Source: Chromatiaceae bacterium (GTDB lineage: Bacteria > Pseudomonadota > Gammaproteobacteria > Chromatiales > Chromatiaceae). Taken from it: 64,000 nucleotides of DNA. Below are positions 1 through 11,434 of this stretch, piece by piece. Both the position numbers and the translations under genes were made by a program. The notes under the pieces were generated by a model, which did no database searches, was not told where the DNA came from, and was given only the letters and a program-made list of their open reading frames with translations. The DNA is taken from assembly GCA_020851955.1 (NCBI GenBank), contig JADZBU010000292.1, forward strand, positions 1,704 through 65,703, written 5' to 3'. Each line of letters starts with the position of its first letter. The first letter of the stretch is position 1.

Positions 1-2
1 CC

Positions 3-1664
3 TACGCCCGCATCACCCCGCGCCAGCTGCTTAGCCACTCGTCCGGCCTGCCGGGGACCGACTACCGGAATGGCACCACTTTTTACCCGGTGGCGGGTCA
101 TGCCGCTCAGGTCATGGCCACGCTTGCCAGCCAGCGCCTCAAGCATGCCCCCGGAGAAATGGCGGTCTATTGTAATGACGGCTTCTCCCTGATCGAGCCG
201 CTCGTCACCGCCGTGACAGGCCAGTCCTACACCGACTTTATCCGCCAGGAAATTTTCCGCCCCCTGGGTATGACCCACAGCTGCTTTGGCATCGAAACCC
301 TAGCGCCCGACAGTTACGCCACCGGGCTCAGGGCTAATGGGGAACCCTATCCCCAGGAGTACATCAACGTCCTGAGCACCGGTGGCATCTACTCGACGCC
401 GAGCGACATGGGTCGCTTGGCGATGATGCTGATGGCGGGGGGACGCCAGGGGGAGCATCGCCTGCTGTCCGCATGGGCCGTGACGGAAATGGGCCTCGAT
501 CAGTCCGCGACGCTGCCACTGAACCCGCTCCATGAAAATGATTTCGGCCTGGGCTGGGACGGTGTTCGTCAAGGTGGCCTGGCGGCGGTCGGCGTGACCG
601 CCTGGCATAAGAATGGCGGCTCCGTCTTTTTTTCCACCCAATTTGACGTCGCCCCGGACGAGGGCCTGGCGGTCATCATCATGGCGGCCGGGGGCGCCTT
701 GGAGGTCGAGACCCTCGCCGAACGGATCCTGCTCCAGGCCCTGGCCGAGCGGGGCTCCATCACCGGGGTGCCAGCCCCCCTGACCCCCCATCCGCCACCC
801 CGGATTCCGACCTCCGAGGCGGAACTGCTGGCCCTGGTCGGCCACTATGCCGCGGAAAAGTTGTACCGCCTGGAACCCGGCGCCGACCAGAGCCTGACCT
901 GGTCGGAGTTCGTGGAAGGCGCCTGGCTGGAACGTATCGCGGGACTCCAGCGGCGTCAGGGCGGCGACTGGATAGCCGACAGCGCCCCTGATCGCGCCTT
1001 ATTGGTCATGGAGGCCGATGGACGGCCGCATCTGGCCCTGCGCGAACCCAAGGGACTCAAGCACTATGCATCCGCCAGGATCCTGGGGCAGTTGCTAACG
1101 CCCTTGGCGCCCCTCTCCGCCCCCTGGCGGGCGCGGCTCCAGCATCGCTGGTTGATGGTTAACGATCCCTACAGCACCCTGCTGGCCCTGGGCATGCCAC
1201 CCCTGTTCAACCTCTGGCAGGCGCCAGGTTTGACGGGCTATCTCATTGCGGCGGGCAAGGTGGTCAACCCCAGCGCCAGCGACGACCACGCCTTGATGTG
1301 TACCAAGGTCGCGGCGCGGGATCTCAACGATCTGATCATGGTGCAACGGAATGGGGAGGAATGGGTGCTCTTGGGCAGCACCCTTTACCGGCCCCTGGCC
1401 ACCGTATCGCGCCTGGCGACCGGCCACCACCTGATCGCGATCGGCGATGAGGGGCTGGGTGTATGGCGGCGGTTGACGGCCGCCGCCGACCTCAAGGTAG
1501 CCGCGGCCAATAGCTGGTATTTCTACGGCCCTGACTTCCAACTGCTCAACGCCGTCGTCAAAGACAAGACCATCACCCTGGATTGGGATGGTCGGGTCCC
1601 GGACGCTGCCTATCTGTTGGTGCAGGGCGATGCCGGGGCGTCCATCGAGGTTAGCCTGGGTTGA
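3..1664 (+). CDS. Serine hydrolase of the beta-lactamase/DD-peptidase-like family, 5' end cut by the window edge
   Basis: The reading frame is open from base 3 and no start is visible. The N-terminal part reads YARITPRQLLSHSSGLPG, the LLxHxSGL box typical of class C beta-lactamase-like serine hydrolases. G/C-rich third codon positions match the backbone. Confidence 0.6.
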   Translation, partial: YARITPRQLLSHSSGLPGTDYRNGTTFYPVAGHAAQVMATLASQRLKHAPGEMAVYCNDGFSLIEPLVTAVTGQSYTDFIRQEIFRPLGMTHSCFGIETLAPDSYATGLRANGEPYPQEYINVLSTGGIYSTPSDMGRLAMMLMAGGRQGEHRLLSAWAVTEMGLDQSATLPLNPLHENDFGLGWDGVRQGGLAAVGVTAWHKNGGSVFFSTQFDVAPDEGLAVIIMAAGGALEVETLAERILLQALAERGSITGVPAPLTPHPPPRIPTSEAELLALVGHYAAEKLYRLEPGADQSLTWSEFVEGAWLERIAGLQRRQGGDWIADSAPDRALLVMEADGRPHLALREPKGLKHYASARILGQLLTPLAPLSAPWRARLQHRWLMVNDPYSTLLALGMPPLFNLWQAPGLTGYLIAAGKVVNPSASDDHALMCTKVAARDLNDLIMVQRNGEEWVLLGSTLYRPLATVSRLATGHHLIAIGDEGLGVWRRLTAAADLKVAAANSWYFYGPDFQLLNAVVKDKTITLDWDGRVPDAAYLLVQGDAGASIEVSLG

Positions 1665-1832
1665 GGGATGCGGTAGTCCCCCATCGGCGGGTTTCCTCTG
1701 GACTGACGCCACAAGGAGAGGGGGATCGTGCCTGCATCGTCACGGGTAATCAGGGGTCTCGCCGGACCCGGCGGGACCAGAAGGGCGGTCAAAAAAATAG
1801 GGCCTTTCGGCCCATATTTCATTACTCTAAAT

Positions 1833-1908
1833 TGGCGTCCCCACGGGGATTCGAACCCCGGTTGTCGCCGTGAAAGGGCGGTGTCCTAGGCCTCTAGACG
1901 ATGGGGAC
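1833..1908 (-). tRNA. tRNA-Glu (anticodon UUC)
   Basis: The reverse complement reads GTCCCCATCGTCTAGAGGCCTAGGACACCGCCCTTTCACGGCGACAACCGGGGTTCGAATCCCCGTGGGGACGCCA. It folds as a cloverleaf with anticodon loop CTTTCAC, carries an encoded CCA and is near-identical in layout to E. coli tRNA-Glu. Confidence 0.9.
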
Positions 1909-1973
1909 TTTGAAGGGCGGGATGATCGACCGAGAGCTGCGTGGGGCTTGCTCCCGGCGAATAATCCAAAATT

Positions 1974-2049
1974 TGGTGGAGCCAGACGGGATCGAACCGT
2001 CGACCTCAACACTGCCAGTGTTGCGCTCTCCCAGCTGAGCTATGGCCCC
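1974..2049 (-). tRNA. tRNA-Ala (anticodon GGC)
   Basis: The reverse complement reads GGGGCCATAGCTCAGCTGGGAGAGCGCAACACTGGCAGTGTTGAGGTCGACGGTTCGATCCCGTCTGGCTCCACCA. The G3:U70 alanine identity pair is present, the anticodon loop is CTGGCAG and CCA is encoded. Confidence 0.9.
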
Positions 2050-2242
2050 GAATCAATCGAGAGCGGCAATTTTATAGAGCACTCCTGGAGCTGTCCAGCC
2101 TTTTTTTCCCCGAACCTGGACCCGAGTTTGTGGTCCCAGAGGATAGCGCGGGCACCGGGTCTTCCGGCAGAATCACCCGCCAGGGCGGCCCGCCGCCCAA
2201 CGGAACCGGGCCCGGCAACCGCCCACACCCTTTGCCACGAGA

Positions 2243-3142
2243 GTGAACAACGACATGAAACGCATCCTTCTCTTTCTCGCGACCAACATCGCCGTCCTCC
2301 TGGTCATCAGCCTGGTTTTCAAGCTGCTGGGTTTCGAGGGCCTCTTGCAGGCTAACGGCGTCGATCTGAATCTGTCGGCGGTGCTGGTCTGGGCGGCGCT
2401 GATCGGCTTCTCCGGCTCGATCATCTCCCTCCTGATGTCCAAGGGCATGGCCAAGCGCTCCATGGGCGTCCAGATCATCGACAGCCCCACCACGCCCTTC
2501 GAGCAGTGGCTGATGACCACCGTGGCGCGCCAGTCCCAGGCGGCCGGCATCAAGATGCCGGAGGTCGGCATCTTCGACTCCCCGGACCCCAACGCCTTCG
2601 CCACGGGCTGGAACCGTAACGACGCCCTGGTGGCGGTGAGCACGGGTCTGCTGCAGCAAATGAACCGTGATGAAGTGGAGGCAGTGGTGGGCCACGAAAT
2701 CAGCCATGTGGCCAATGGCGACATGGTGACCCTGACCCTGGTGCAGGGGGTGGTCAATACCTTCGTGGTCTTCCTGTCCACCATCATCGGCCACTTCGTG
2801 GACCGGGTCATTTTCAAGACGGAGCAGGGACACGGGCCGGCCTACTTCGTCGTCTCCATGGTCTCCCAGCTGTTGCTGTCGATCCTGGCGACCATGGTGG
2901 TGATGTGGTTCTCGCGCCAGCGCGAGTTTCGGGCCGATCAGGGCGGGGCTGACCTCACCAGCCGCAATAAGATGGCGTCGGCCCTGCGTGCCCTGCAACG
3001 CGTCCACGAACCGCGGGATCTGCCCGCGGGCGAATTCGCGGCCTTCGGTATCAGCGGCGGTATTGGCGGTGGCTTCAAGCGGCTCTTCATGAGCCACCCG
3101 CCCCTGGAGGAGCGAATCGCGGCGCTGGAAGGGCGGCGCTGA
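2243..3142 (+). CDS. htpX: Membrane zinc metalloprotease HtpX
   Basis: 299 aa with N-terminal TM segments, the HEISHVANGDM (HExxH) motif and the C-terminal SHPPLEERI signature of HtpX/M48. The true start may be the second Met at 2255 (MKRILLFL). Confidence 0.9.
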   Translation: MNNDMKRILLFLATNIAVLLVISLVFKLLGFEGLLQANGVDLNLSAVLVWAALIGFSGSIISLLMSKGMAKRSMGVQIIDSPTTPFEQWLMTTVARQSQAAGIKMPEVGIFDSPDPNAFATGWNRNDALVAVSTGLLQQMNRDEVEAVVGHEISHVANGDMVTLTLVQGVVNTFVVFLSTIIGHFVDRVIFKTEQGHGPAYFVVSMVSQLLLSILATMVVMWFSRQREFRADQGGADLTSRNKMASALRALQRVHEPRDLPAGEFAAFGISGGIGGGFKRLFMSHPPLEERIAALEGRR

Positions 3143-3185
3143 TCGGGGGCAGGGGCGCGGGCCGAACCGGCCCCCGCTAACGAGA

Positions 3186-3220
3186 CAGGGACCGAAGTTG
3201 ACCTCGGCCCCTGTTTTTTT
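3186..3220 (+). terminator. Putative intrinsic terminator between the convergent genes htpX and ppdK
   Basis: Imperfect GC-rich hairpin cagggaccgaag/ctcggcccctg followed by T7. Confidence 0.45.
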
Positions 3221-3268
3221 GGGCGGAACCTCCGGCCAGCAGAATCTGGCCGGCGGCTTAGAGCCAGA

Positions 3269-6043
3269 TCAGGCCTTGGCGTTCAAGGCCGCGTGAGCGG
3301 CGGCCAGGCGCGCGACCGGGACCCGGGGGCCCGAGCAACTCACATAGTCCAGACCCGCCTCCTGGCAGAAGGCGATGGAGGCGGGATGGCCGCCATGCTC
3401 GCCACAGATGCCGACGTGCATGCCCGGCCGGACCCCGCGGCCCCAATCCACCGCCAGCTTCATCAGCTTGCCCACGCCCTTGACGTCCAGCACCTCGAAG
3501 GGATTGTCCTGCAGGATGCCGGAGTTGTTGTAGAGGGGCAGGAACTTGTTCTCCGCGTCCTCCCGGGAGAAGGAGAAGGTCGCCTGGGTCAGGTCGTTGG
3601 TACCAAAGGAGAAGAACTCTGCCTCCTCGGCCAGGGACTCGGCGCGCATGCAGGCCCGCACCACCTCGATCATGGTGCCGAACTTGAAGCTGACGGGGTG
3701 GCCGTACTGCGCCGCCACCTCGAGGTGGATGGCATCCACCCAGGACTTGACCTTGCGCAGTTCCTGGGCCGTGCAGACCTGGGGCACCTTGATCTGGGGA
3801 TGGACCTCGATGCCCATGCGCGAGCATTCCGCCGCCGCCTCCAGGATGGCGCGGATCTGCATCTGATAGATCTCGGGGAAGGTGATACCCAGGCGGACGC
3901 CGCGATGGCCCAGCATGGGGTTGGTCTCGTAGAGGGCGCGCACCTTGCGCAGCATGGTCTCCTTCTTGGCGATGGCGTCTTCCACCATCGCCGGATCGAC
4001 CATCTGGCGCATGGCGTTGACCTCCTGGCGGGCATGGTCGCTGGCATGCAGCAGCCCCATGGTCCCGGCCAGCACCGCCAGGCCCCGGGTGGTGGCGGCC
4101 AGTTGGCGTAGCTCGGACAGGTCCCGCTCCAGTTGGTTCTCGTTGGGCAGGAACTCGTGGATGGGCGGGTCCAGCAGGCGGATGGTCACCGGATAGGGGG
4201 ACATGACCTCGAACAATTCGCGGAAGTCCTTGCGCTGCAGCGGCAGCAGTTTGTCCAGGGCGGCCTGGCGCTGTTCCGGGGTCTCGGACACGATCATCTC
4301 GATGACGATGGGCAGGCGCTCCACGTCGTTGAACATGCGCTCGGTGCGGGCCAGGCCGATGCCGACGGCGCCGTACTTGAGGGAGCGGCGGGCATCGTCC
4401 GGAGTGTCCGCGTTGGCCATGACCTTGAGCCGGGCCACCTTGTCCGCCCAGTCGAGGAGGACGTTGAGCTCGTTGGTGAAGTCCGGCTCCACCGTCGGGA
4501 TCTCGCCCAGATAGACCTTGCCCGTGGTGCCGTCGATGGTGATGAGGTCACCCTCGCGGAAGCTGGTGTCGCCCACATAGGCCTCGCGACGGGCGACATC
4601 GACGCTAATGCCCTCGGCGCCGGCGACGCAGGGCTTGCCCATGCCGCGCGCCACCACGGCGGCATGGGAGGTCTTGCCGCCCCGGGAGGTCAGGATCCCC
4701 TGGGAAGCGAAAAAGCCATGGATATCCTCGGGCTTGGTCTCCTCGCGAATCAGAATCACCTTCTGCCCCAGGTCACGGCCCATCTGCTCGGCGCGGTCGG
4801 CGTCGAAAACGGCGACGCCACAAGCGGCACCCGGCGAGGCCGGCAGGCCCTGGGCCACCGGCACGGCGCGATGGCCGGGGTCCAGACGGGGGAAGAGCAT
4901 CTGTTCCAGCAAGTCGGGCTGGATGCGCAGCAGGGCCTGTTCCTGGGTGATGAGCCCCTCGCCGACCATCTCCACCGAGGAGCGCACCATGCCCTGGGCG
5001 TTCATCTTGCCGTTGCGGGTCTGGAGGCAGAACAACTGGCCGCGCTCGATGGTGAACTCAAAGTCCTGGACCTCCTTGTAATGGGTTTCCAGCTTGGCGC
5101 GCAGTTCCTCCAGTTCCTTGGCGATGCGGGGCATCTCGACGGCCATGTGGTCGATGGGCTTGGGGGTGCGGATGCCGGCCACCACGTCCTCGCCCTGGGC
5201 ATTGACCAGATACTCGCCGTAGAGCTTGTTCTCGCCTGTGCCGGGGTTGCGGGTAAAGGCCACGCCGGTGGCGGAGTCATCGCCCCGGTTGCCAAAGACC
5301 ATGGTCACGATGTTGACGGCGGTGCCATTGGCCAGATCGGGGGTAATGTTGAACTGGCGGCGGTAATCGACGGCGCGGCGACCCATCCAGCTATTGAAGA
5401 CGGCCTTGATGGCGATCTCCAGTTGATCGAAGGGGTCCGCCGGGAAAGGCTTGCCGGTGTATTCCTCCACCACCTTAATGAAGCGCTCGCTGATCTCCTG
5501 GAGATCGGTGGCGGAGAGATCGACGTCTTCCTTGACCTTGGCCTTGTGCTTGACGATGTCGAACTGCTTGTCGAACAGCTCATCCGGGACCCCCAGGGCC
5601 ACCTTGCCGAAGAGCTGGATGAAGCGGCGATAGGCGTCATAGCCAAAGCGCTCGTCACCCGTCTGCTGGATCTGACCCTTCAGGGTCGCGTCGTTGAGGC
5701 CGAGATTGAGGATGGTGTCCATCATGCCGGGCATGGACATGGCCGAACCCGAGCGCACCGACACCAGGAGAGGATTGTCCGGATTGCCGAAGCCCTTGCC
5801 CGTCTTGGCCTCCATGGCCTTCATTTGGACATGCACCTCATCCATGATGCCATCCGGCAGGGTCCGGGACGGGGAGGCCAGGTATTCGAGGCAGGCCGCG
5901 GTGGAGATGACGAAGCCGGGCGGGACATTCAGCCCCAGCTGGGTCATTTCGCACAGATTGGCCCCCTTGCCACCCAAGAGCTTTTTGTCCTTGCCATTGC
6001 CTTCCTCGAAAGCGAAAACGTGTTTCTTGGCCTGGGTATCCAT
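3269..6043 (-). CDS. ppdK: Pyruvate, phosphate dikinase
   Basis: 924 aa. The N-terminus FEEGNGKDKKLLGGKGANLCEMTQLGLNVPPGF, the phosphohistidine region GGKTSHAAVVARGMGKPCV and the C-terminal PEP-utilising TIM-barrel motifs are all characteristic of PPDK. Confidence 0.95.
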   Translation of the reverse strand: MDTQAKKHVFAFEEGNGKDKKLLGGKGANLCEMTQLGLNVPPGFVISTAACLEYLASPSRTLPDGIMDEVHVQMKAMEAKTGKGFGNPDNPLLVSVRSGSAMSMPGMMDTILNLGLNDATLKGQIQQTGDERFGYDAYRRFIQLFGKVALGVPDELFDKQFDIVKHKAKVKEDVDLSATDLQEISERFIKVVEEYTGKPFPADPFDQLEIAIKAVFNSWMGRRAVDYRRQFNITPDLANGTAVNIVTMVFGNRGDDSATGVAFTRNPGTGENKLYGEYLVNAQGEDVVAGIRTPKPIDHMAVEMPRIAKELEELRAKLETHYKEVQDFEFTIERGQLFCLQTRNGKMNAQGMVRSSVEMVGEGLITQEQALLRIQPDLLEQMLFPRLDPGHRAVPVAQGLPASPGAACGVAVFDADRAEQMGRDLGQKVILIREETKPEDIHGFFASQGILTSRGGKTSHAAVVARGMGKPCVAGAEGISVDVARREAYVGDTSFREGDLITIDGTTGKVYLGEIPTVEPDFTNELNVLLDWADKVARLKVMANADTPDDARRSLKYGAVGIGLARTERMFNDVERLPIVIEMIVSETPEQRQAALDKLLPLQRKDFRELFEVMSPYPVTIRLLDPPIHEFLPNENQLERDLSELRQLAATTRGLAVLAGTMGLLHASDHARQEVNAMRQMVDPAMVEDAIAKKETMLRKVRALYETNPMLGHRGVRLGITFPEIYQMQIRAILEAAAECSRMGIEVHPQIKVPQVCTAQELRKVKSWVDAIHLEVAAQYGHPVSFKFGTMIEVVRACMRAESLAEEAEFFSFGTNDLTQATFSFSREDAENKFLPLYNNSGILQDNPFEVLDVKGVGKLMKLAVDWGRGVRPGMHVGICGEHGGHPASIAFCQEAGLDYVSCSGPRVPVARLAAAHAALNAKA

Positions 6044-6385
6044 CGCGTCGTTTACCTCTAATTAGGTTGAAGATGAAAAAAGGAGCAGGGGCTAGGGGCA
6101 AGGGTGTCCGCGCGGGCAAACCAGCGCTGTCCCATCGCCGAAGGCTATCGGCCAGGGACCCGACGGGACTGCCATGGCCGCCGCCTGAGTGCCGGGCATG
6201 GTACATCCAAACCGGTTCAGCCGGCGTGTCGCGGCGGAAAATAAAGCCAGTATTGCACCAGAAAGCTACCGGAAGGTGACGATCCACGGCGACCGCCAAG
6301 TGGCGCTCCGGCCCCCCCAATGCCCCCAGCCGATGGGTTATACTTTGGCCATTCTTCCGCCGGCCCACCTCGCTTTCCTTCAATC

Positions 6386-9205
6386 ATGCTCGACAAGAAC
6401 TACGATCCCCAGGCCCTGGAACAAGGTTGGTATCGGATCTGGGAGGATCGGGGCTACTTTGCCCCCGCCGCCGCCGGCTACAGCCCCTACTGCATCATGA
6501 TCCCGCCGCCGAACGTCACCGGCAGCCTGCACATGGGCCACGCCTTTCAGGACACCATCATGGATGCCCTGATCCGCTATCACCGCATGCGCGGCGAGCC
6601 CACCCTCTGGCAGGCGGGCACCGATCATGCCGGCATCGCCACCCAGATGGTGGTCGAGCGGCTGTTGGAAACCGAGGGCAAGACCCGCCACGACCTGGGC
6701 CGCGAGGCCTTCATCCAGCGCGTCTGGCATTGGAAGGAGCAATCCGGCGGCACCATCACCCGCCAACTGCGCCGCATGGGCGCCTCCCTCGACTGGGAGC
6801 ACGAGCGCTTCACCATGGACGAGGGCCTGTCGGCGGCGGTGCGCGAGGTCTTCGTGCGCCTCTTCGAGGAAGGCCTCATCTATCGCGGCAAGCGCCTGGT
6901 CAACTGGGACCCGGTGCTGCACACCGCCGTTTCGGACCTGGAGGTGTTGTCCGAGGAAGAGGCGGGGCACATGTGGGACATGCGCTACCCCCTGACCAAC
7001 GGCACCGGCTATATGGTGGTCTCCACCACCCGCCCCGAGACCATGCTGGGCGACTGCGCCGTGGCGGTGAACCCGGAGGACCCGCGCTACCAGCACCTGA
7101 TCGGCGCCCTAGTCGAACTGCCCTTGACCGGCCGGCGCATCCCCATCATCGCCGACGAACACGCCGACCCCGCCTTTGGCACCGGCTGCGTCAAGATCAC
7201 GCCCGCCCACGACTTCAACGACCATGCCGTCTGGCTGCGGCATCGCGACGAGAACGCCATCGCCGACCAGCCCCACGGCGGCCTCGTCAACATCCTGACC
7301 CCGGACGCCGCCATCCGCGCCAACGCCCCCGAGGAGGGCGATCTCATCCCGGCGGCCTATGTCGGCCTGGATCGCTACGAGGCCCGCCGGCGCATCGTCG
7401 CCGACCTGGAGGGCCTGGGGCTGCTCGCCGGCCTGCGCGACCACAAGCTCATGGTGCCTCGTGGCGACCGCTCCAACGCCGTCATCGAGCCCTACCTCAC
7501 CGACCAGTGGTACGTGCGCATCCAACCCCTCGCGGAGCCAGCCATCGCCGCCGTCGAGGATGGCCGCATCCGTTTCGTCCCCGCTAACTGGAAGAACACC
7601 TATTTCGAGTGGATGCGCAATATCCAGGACTGGTGCATCAGCCGCCAGATCTGGTGGGGCCACCGCATCCCCGCCTGGTACGATGGCGAGGGCAACATCT
7701 ATGTGGGCCGCTCCGAGGCCGAGGTCCGCGCGCGCCACGGCCTGGCCGCCGACTTCCCCCTGACCCAGGACCCGGACGTGCTGGACACCTGGTTCAGCTC
7801 CGCCCTCTGGCCCTTCTCCACCCTGGGCTGGCCGGATGAGACTGAGCGCCTGCGGGCCTTCTACCCCACCTCGGTGCTGGTCACGGGCTTCGACATCATC
7901 TTCTTCTGGGTAGCCCGCATGATCATGATGGGCCTCAAATTCATGGATGACGTGCCCTTCCGCGAGGTCTATATCCACGGCCTGGTGCGCGACGCCCATG
8001 GCGACAAGATGTCCAAGTCCAAGGGCAATGTTCTCGACCCCATCGATCTCATCGACGGCATCGAGCTGGAGCCCCTGGTCGCCAAGCGCACCGGCGGCAT
8101 GATGCAGCCCCACCTGGCGGACAAGATCGCCAAGGCCACCCGCACGGATTTCCCCAACGGCATCCCCAGCTTCGGCACCGATGCCCTGCGCTTCACCTTC
8201 GCCGCCCTGGCCAGCACCGGGCGCGACATCAAGTTCGACCTCAGCCGCACCGAGGGCTACCGTAACTTCTGCAACAAGCTGTGGAATGCCTCGCGCTTCG
8301 TCCTCATGAACACCGAGGACCAGGACTGCGGCCTGACGGGCCCCATTGAATTTTCCGCCGCCGACCGCTGGATTCGCGACCGCCTCCAGACCACCATCGC
8401 CAGCGTCGACGAGGCCATCCGCGGCTACCGCTTCGACCAGGCCGCCCAGGCCCTGCACGAATTCACCTGGAACCACTTCTGCGACTGGTACCTGGAGCTG
8501 TCCAAGCCCACCCTCACCAGCGAGGCCAGTTCCGACGCCGCCAAGCGCGGCACCCGCCGCACCCTGGTCCAGACCCTGGAGACCCTGCTGCGCCTGGCCC
8601 ACCCCATCATGCCCTTCATCACCGAGGAGATCTGGCAGAAGGTCAAACCCCTCGCCGGCATCGCGGGGGAGACCCTGATGCGGGCCCCCTACCCCGTCGC
8701 CGATCCCAGCCTGGCGGACCCCGCCGCCGTGGCGGAGATGAACTGGGTCATGCAGTTCATCCTCGGCGTGCGCCGCATCAAGGGCGAGATGAATATCCCC
8801 CCCGGCAAGCCCCTGCCGCTCCTGATCGACAACGCCAGTCCCCAGGATATCGCCTGGCTCGGGGCCAGCCGCCCCTATCTGGACTTCCTCGCCCGCACCG
8901 CCTCGATCCGGGTCCTGGGCCCCGGCGAGCCCGCCCCCGAGTCCGCCATCTCCCTGGTCGGGGAGATGAAGGTCCTCATACCCATGGCCGGCCTCATCGA
9001 CAAGGAGGCCGAACTCCAGCGCCTCGCCAAGGAGATCGCCCGGATACAAAGCGATCTGGAACGCGCCCAGGCCAAGCTCGCCAATCCCAGTTTCGTGGAC
9101 AAGGCCCCGCCCGCCGTGGTCCAGAAGGAACGCGCCAAGATCGCCGAGCAGGAAGCCGCCCTCGCCAAGATGCGGGAACAAGAAAACAAGATCAGGGCCT
9201 TGTGA
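6386..9205 (+). CDS. valS: Valine--tRNA ligase
   Basis: Class I aaRS motifs [12 protein letters not shown] (HIGH) and KMSKSKGN (KMSKS), plus a C-terminal coiled-coil tail. The start is placed at MLDKNYDP rather than at the ORF-track start 6320. Confidence 0.95.
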   Translation: MLDKNYDPQALEQGWYRIWEDRGYFAPAAAGYSPYCIMIPPPNVTGSLHMGHAFQDTIMDALIRYHRMRGEPTLWQAGTDHAGIATQMVVERLLETEGKTRHDLGREAFIQRVWHWKEQSGGTITRQLRRMGASLDWEHERFTMDEGLSAAVREVFVRLFEEGLIYRGKRLVNWDPVLHTAVSDLEVLSEEEAGHMWDMRYPLTNGTGYMVVSTTRPETMLGDCAVAVNPEDPRYQHLIGALVELPLTGRRIPIIADEHADPAFGTGCVKITPAHDFNDHAVWLRHRDENAIADQPHGGLVNILTPDAAIRANAPEEGDLIPAAYVGLDRYEARRRIVADLEGLGLLAGLRDHKLMVPRGDRSNAVIEPYLTDQWYVRIQPLAEPAIAAVEDGRIRFVPANWKNTYFEWMRNIQDWCISRQIWWGHRIPAWYDGEGNIYVGRSEAEVRARHGLAADFPLTQDPDVLDTWFSSALWPFSTLGWPDETERLRAFYPTSVLVTGFDIIFFWVARMIMMGLKFMDDVPFREVYIHGLVRDAHGDKMSKSKGNVLDPIDLIDGIELEPLVAKRTGGMMQPHLADKIAKATRTDFPNGIPSFGTDALRFTFAALASTGRDIKFDLSRTEGYRNFCNKLWNASRFVLMNTEDQDCGLTGPIEFSAADRWIRDRLQTTIASVDEAIRGYRFDQAAQALHEFTWNHFCDWYLELSKPTLTSEASSDAAKRGTRRTLVQTLETLLRLAHPIMPFITEEIWQKVKPLAGIAGETLMRAPYPVADPSLADPAAVAEMNWVMQFILGVRRIKGEMNIPPGKPLPLLIDNASPQDIAWLGASRPYLDFLARTASIRVLGPGEPAPESAISLVGEMKVLIPMAGLIDKEAELQRLAKEIARIQSDLERAQAKLANPSFVDKAPPAVVQKERAKIAEQEAALAKMREQENKIRAL

Positions 9206-9270
9206 CGGGCAAAGCCGCCCCGGCCCATCCCAACCGACCCTTTAATAATGGCCCTCGCTAAGGAGGGGAC

Positions 9271-9765
9271 ATGACTCTGCTGCAATCCCGGCCCCCGCTG
9301 CCCAGCGACGACAAACGCTGGAAGCTGGTCAATGCCACCATGCGCCGCAACGGCTACGCCGGGCACGCCCTGATCGAGACCCTGCACAGCGTCCAGGATG
9401 CCTTTGGGTTCCTGGACGAGACCGCCATGCGTTTCGTGGCCGGCTCCCTGGACCTGTCCCTGTCCAAGGTTTTCGGCGTCGCCACCTTCTATCACCTCTT
9501 CATGCTCAAGCCGAAGGGGCGCCATGCCTGCGTGGTCTGCACCGGCACCGCCTGCTACATCAAGGGGGCGGGGGGACTGGTGGATGCCATCCAGGAGCGC
9601 TTCGCCGTCGGACCCGGGGAAACCACCGAGGATAACCGCCTCTCGGTGCTGATCGCCCGCTGCGTGGGCGCCTGCGGCCTGGCCCCCGCCGTGGTCCTGG
9701 ATGGGGCCATGCAAGGCAAACAGACCGCCCAGCAATTGATGACCCGGCTCGAGAGGCTCGACTGA
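9271..9765 (+). CDS. hoxE: NAD-reducing [NiFe] hydrogenase diaphorase subunit HoxE (NuoE-like, 2Fe-2S)
   Basis: 164 aa NuoE/thioredoxin-like ferredoxin fold with cysteines in CVVCTGTAC...CVGACGLAP. An AAGGAGG ribosome-binding site lies 6 nt upstream. It is the first gene of the hox operon. Confidence 0.85.
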   Translation: MTLLQSRPPLPSDDKRWKLVNATMRRNGYAGHALIETLHSVQDAFGFLDETAMRFVAGSLDLSLSKVFGVATFYHLFMLKPKGRHACVVCTGTACYIKGAGGLVDAIQERFAVGPGETTEDNRLSVLIARCVGACGLAPAVVLDGAMQGKQTAQQLMTRLERLD

Positions 9766-9766
9766 C

Positions 9767-11383
9767 ATGAATCTGGACGATTTGGCCGAACTGGCCGAGG
9801 GTTACCGGGCCAAGGAGGCGGGCAACGCCTACGAGGCGCGCGTCTGCATGGCCGCGAGTTGCCAGTCTTCCGGCGCCCCGGCGGTCCTGACGGCCCTGAC
9901 CCAGGCCCTTGGCGAGGGCGAGGGCGAGACCGGCTGCAAGGTCAAGGGCGTCGGCTGCATGGGCCTCTGCTCCGCCGGCCCCCTGGTGGCCATCGCCCCC
10001 CAGGGGGCGGATCTGATGGGCTCGACCCTTTATCGGGACGTCAAGCCCGAGGATGCCGCGGACATCATGGCCAGCGTGGGCGGCGCGCCCCTGGAGCGCC
10101 TGCGCTGCCCCACGGACCAGCCCTTCTTCGCCCGCCAACGGCGCATCGTGCTGGAGAACTCCGGGATCATCGACCCCGACAGTTGCAAGGGCTACGTGGC
10201 CGTTGGCGGCTACGCCGCCCTGGTCCAGGCCCTCGGCGAGATGACGCCCGCCGAGGTGTTGCGGGAGGTCACCGCCAGCGGGCTGCGCGGCCGGGGCGGC
10301 GGCGGCTATCCCGCCGGACTCAAGTGGTCCACGGTCGCCAAGGTACCCGGCGACCAGAAATACGTCATTTGCAACGCCGACGAGGGCGACCCCGGGGCCT
10401 TCATGGACCGGGCGGTGCTGGAGTCCGACCCCCACCGGGTGCTGGAGGGCATGGCGATCGCCGCCTATGCCATCGGCGCCTCGAAAGGCTACCTCTACGT
10501 TCGCGCCGAGTACCCGCTGGCGGTGGAGCGACTCACCACGGCCATCCGCAAGGCCAAGCGTTCCGGCTTCCTGGGCGCCCGGATCGCCGAGACCTCCTTC
10601 AGCTTCGAGGTGGAAATCCGCCTCGGCGCCGGGGCCTTCGTCTGCGGCGAGGAGACCGCCCTCATGGCCTCCATCGAGGGCAACCGCGGCCAGCCGCGCC
10701 CACGGCCGCCCTACCCCGCCGAGTCCGGCCTCTGGGGCTGTCCGACCCTCATCAACAACGTCGAGACCTTCGCCAACATCGCGCCCATCATCCGCAACGG
10801 CGGCGACTGGTTCGCGGCCATCGGTACGGAAAAATCCAAGGGCACCAAGGTGTTCGCCCTGGCCGGCACCATCGCGAACACGGGCCTCATCGAGGTACCC
10901 ATGGGCACCCGGCTGCGCGACATCATTGAGGCCATCGGGGGCGGCATCCCCGGCGGCAAGGCCTTCAAGGCCGTCCAGACGGGGGGCCCCTCCGGGGGCT
11001 GCATCCCGGAGACCCATCTGGACATCCCCGTGGACTACGACAGCCTCAAGACCCTGGGCACCATCATGGGCTCCGGGGGCATGATCGTCATGGACGAGAC
11101 CGCCGACATGGTGGACGTGGCGCGCTACTTCATGGAGTTCTGCATGACCGAGTCCTGCGGCAAGTGCATCCCCTGCCGCGCCGGCACCCAGCAGATGCAC
11201 GCCCTGCTGGACAGCATCGCCAGGGGCCGGGGCACCCGCCAGGACCTGGCCTTGCTGGAAGAACTCTGCGAGGTAGTCCAGGCCACCAGCCTGTGCGGGC
11301 TCGGCCAGACGGCGCCCAACCCGGTGCTCTCGACCCTGAAATATTTCCGCGAGGAATACGAGGCCAAGCTGAGCGGGACCTAG
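9767..11383 (+). CDS. hoxF: NAD-reducing hydrogenase diaphorase subunit HoxF (NuoF-like, FMN/NAD binding)
   Basis: 538 aa with [16 protein letters not shown], the NuoF-type FMN/NADH site, and a C-terminal 4Fe-4S cluster [10 protein letters not shown]. Confidence 0.9.
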   Translation: MNLDDLAELAEGYRAKEAGNAYEARVCMAASCQSSGAPAVLTALTQALGEGEGETGCKVKGVGCMGLCSAGPLVAIAPQGADLMGSTLYRDVKPEDAADIMASVGGAPLERLRCPTDQPFFARQRRIVLENSGIIDPDSCKGYVAVGGYAALVQALGEMTPAEVLREVTASGLRGRGGGGYPAGLKWSTVAKVPGDQKYVICNADEGDPGAFMDRAVLESDPHRVLEGMAIAAYAIGASKGYLYVRAEYPLAVERLTTAIRKAKRSGFLGARIAETSFSFEVEIRLGAGAFVCGEETALMASIEGNRGQPRPRPPYPAESGLWGCPTLINNVETFANIAPIIRNGGDWFAAIGTEKSKGTKVFALAGTIANTGLIEVPMGTRLRDIIEAIGGGIPGGKAFKAVQTGGPSGGCIPETHLDIPVDYDSLKTLGTIMGSGGMIVMDETADMVDVARYFMEFCMTESCGKCIPCRAGTQQMHALLDSIARGRGTRQDLALLEELCEVVQATSLCGLGQTAPNPVLSTLKYFREEYEAKLSGT

Positions 11384-11434
11384 CCCGCTCGCCGCCTGTC
11401 CCGGCCTCTCGACACGCACCCCAACGGAGCCCCC

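Noticed and set aside
1833-2049. The tRNA-Glu/tRNA-Ala pair as a possible genomic-island integration site.
   Set aside because: There is no integrase, no direct repeat of a tRNA 3' end and no compositional break nearby. The flanking genes (serine hydrolase, htpX, ppdK) look like backbone.
4133-6061. 642-aa ORF on the plus strand opposite ppdK. Similar long antisense ORFs lie at 7109..9181 (opposite valS), 9560..12157 (opposite hoxE-U), 18234..22103 (opposite hrpA), 27715..28821 (opposite gmd), 58094..59836 (opposite ilvI) and 60314..61882 (opposite proS).
   Set aside because: These are shadow ORFs typical of high-GC DNA. Their translations are Gly/Ala/Arg/Asp-rich low-complexity strings with no motifs, whereas the opposite strand encodes unmistakable conserved proteins.
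6067-6500. Small ORFs (70-181 aa) in the ppdK-valS intergenic region.
   Set aside because: They overlap each other in several frames, have no ribosome-binding sites or motifs, and lie in what is most simply the divergent promoter region of ppdK and valS.
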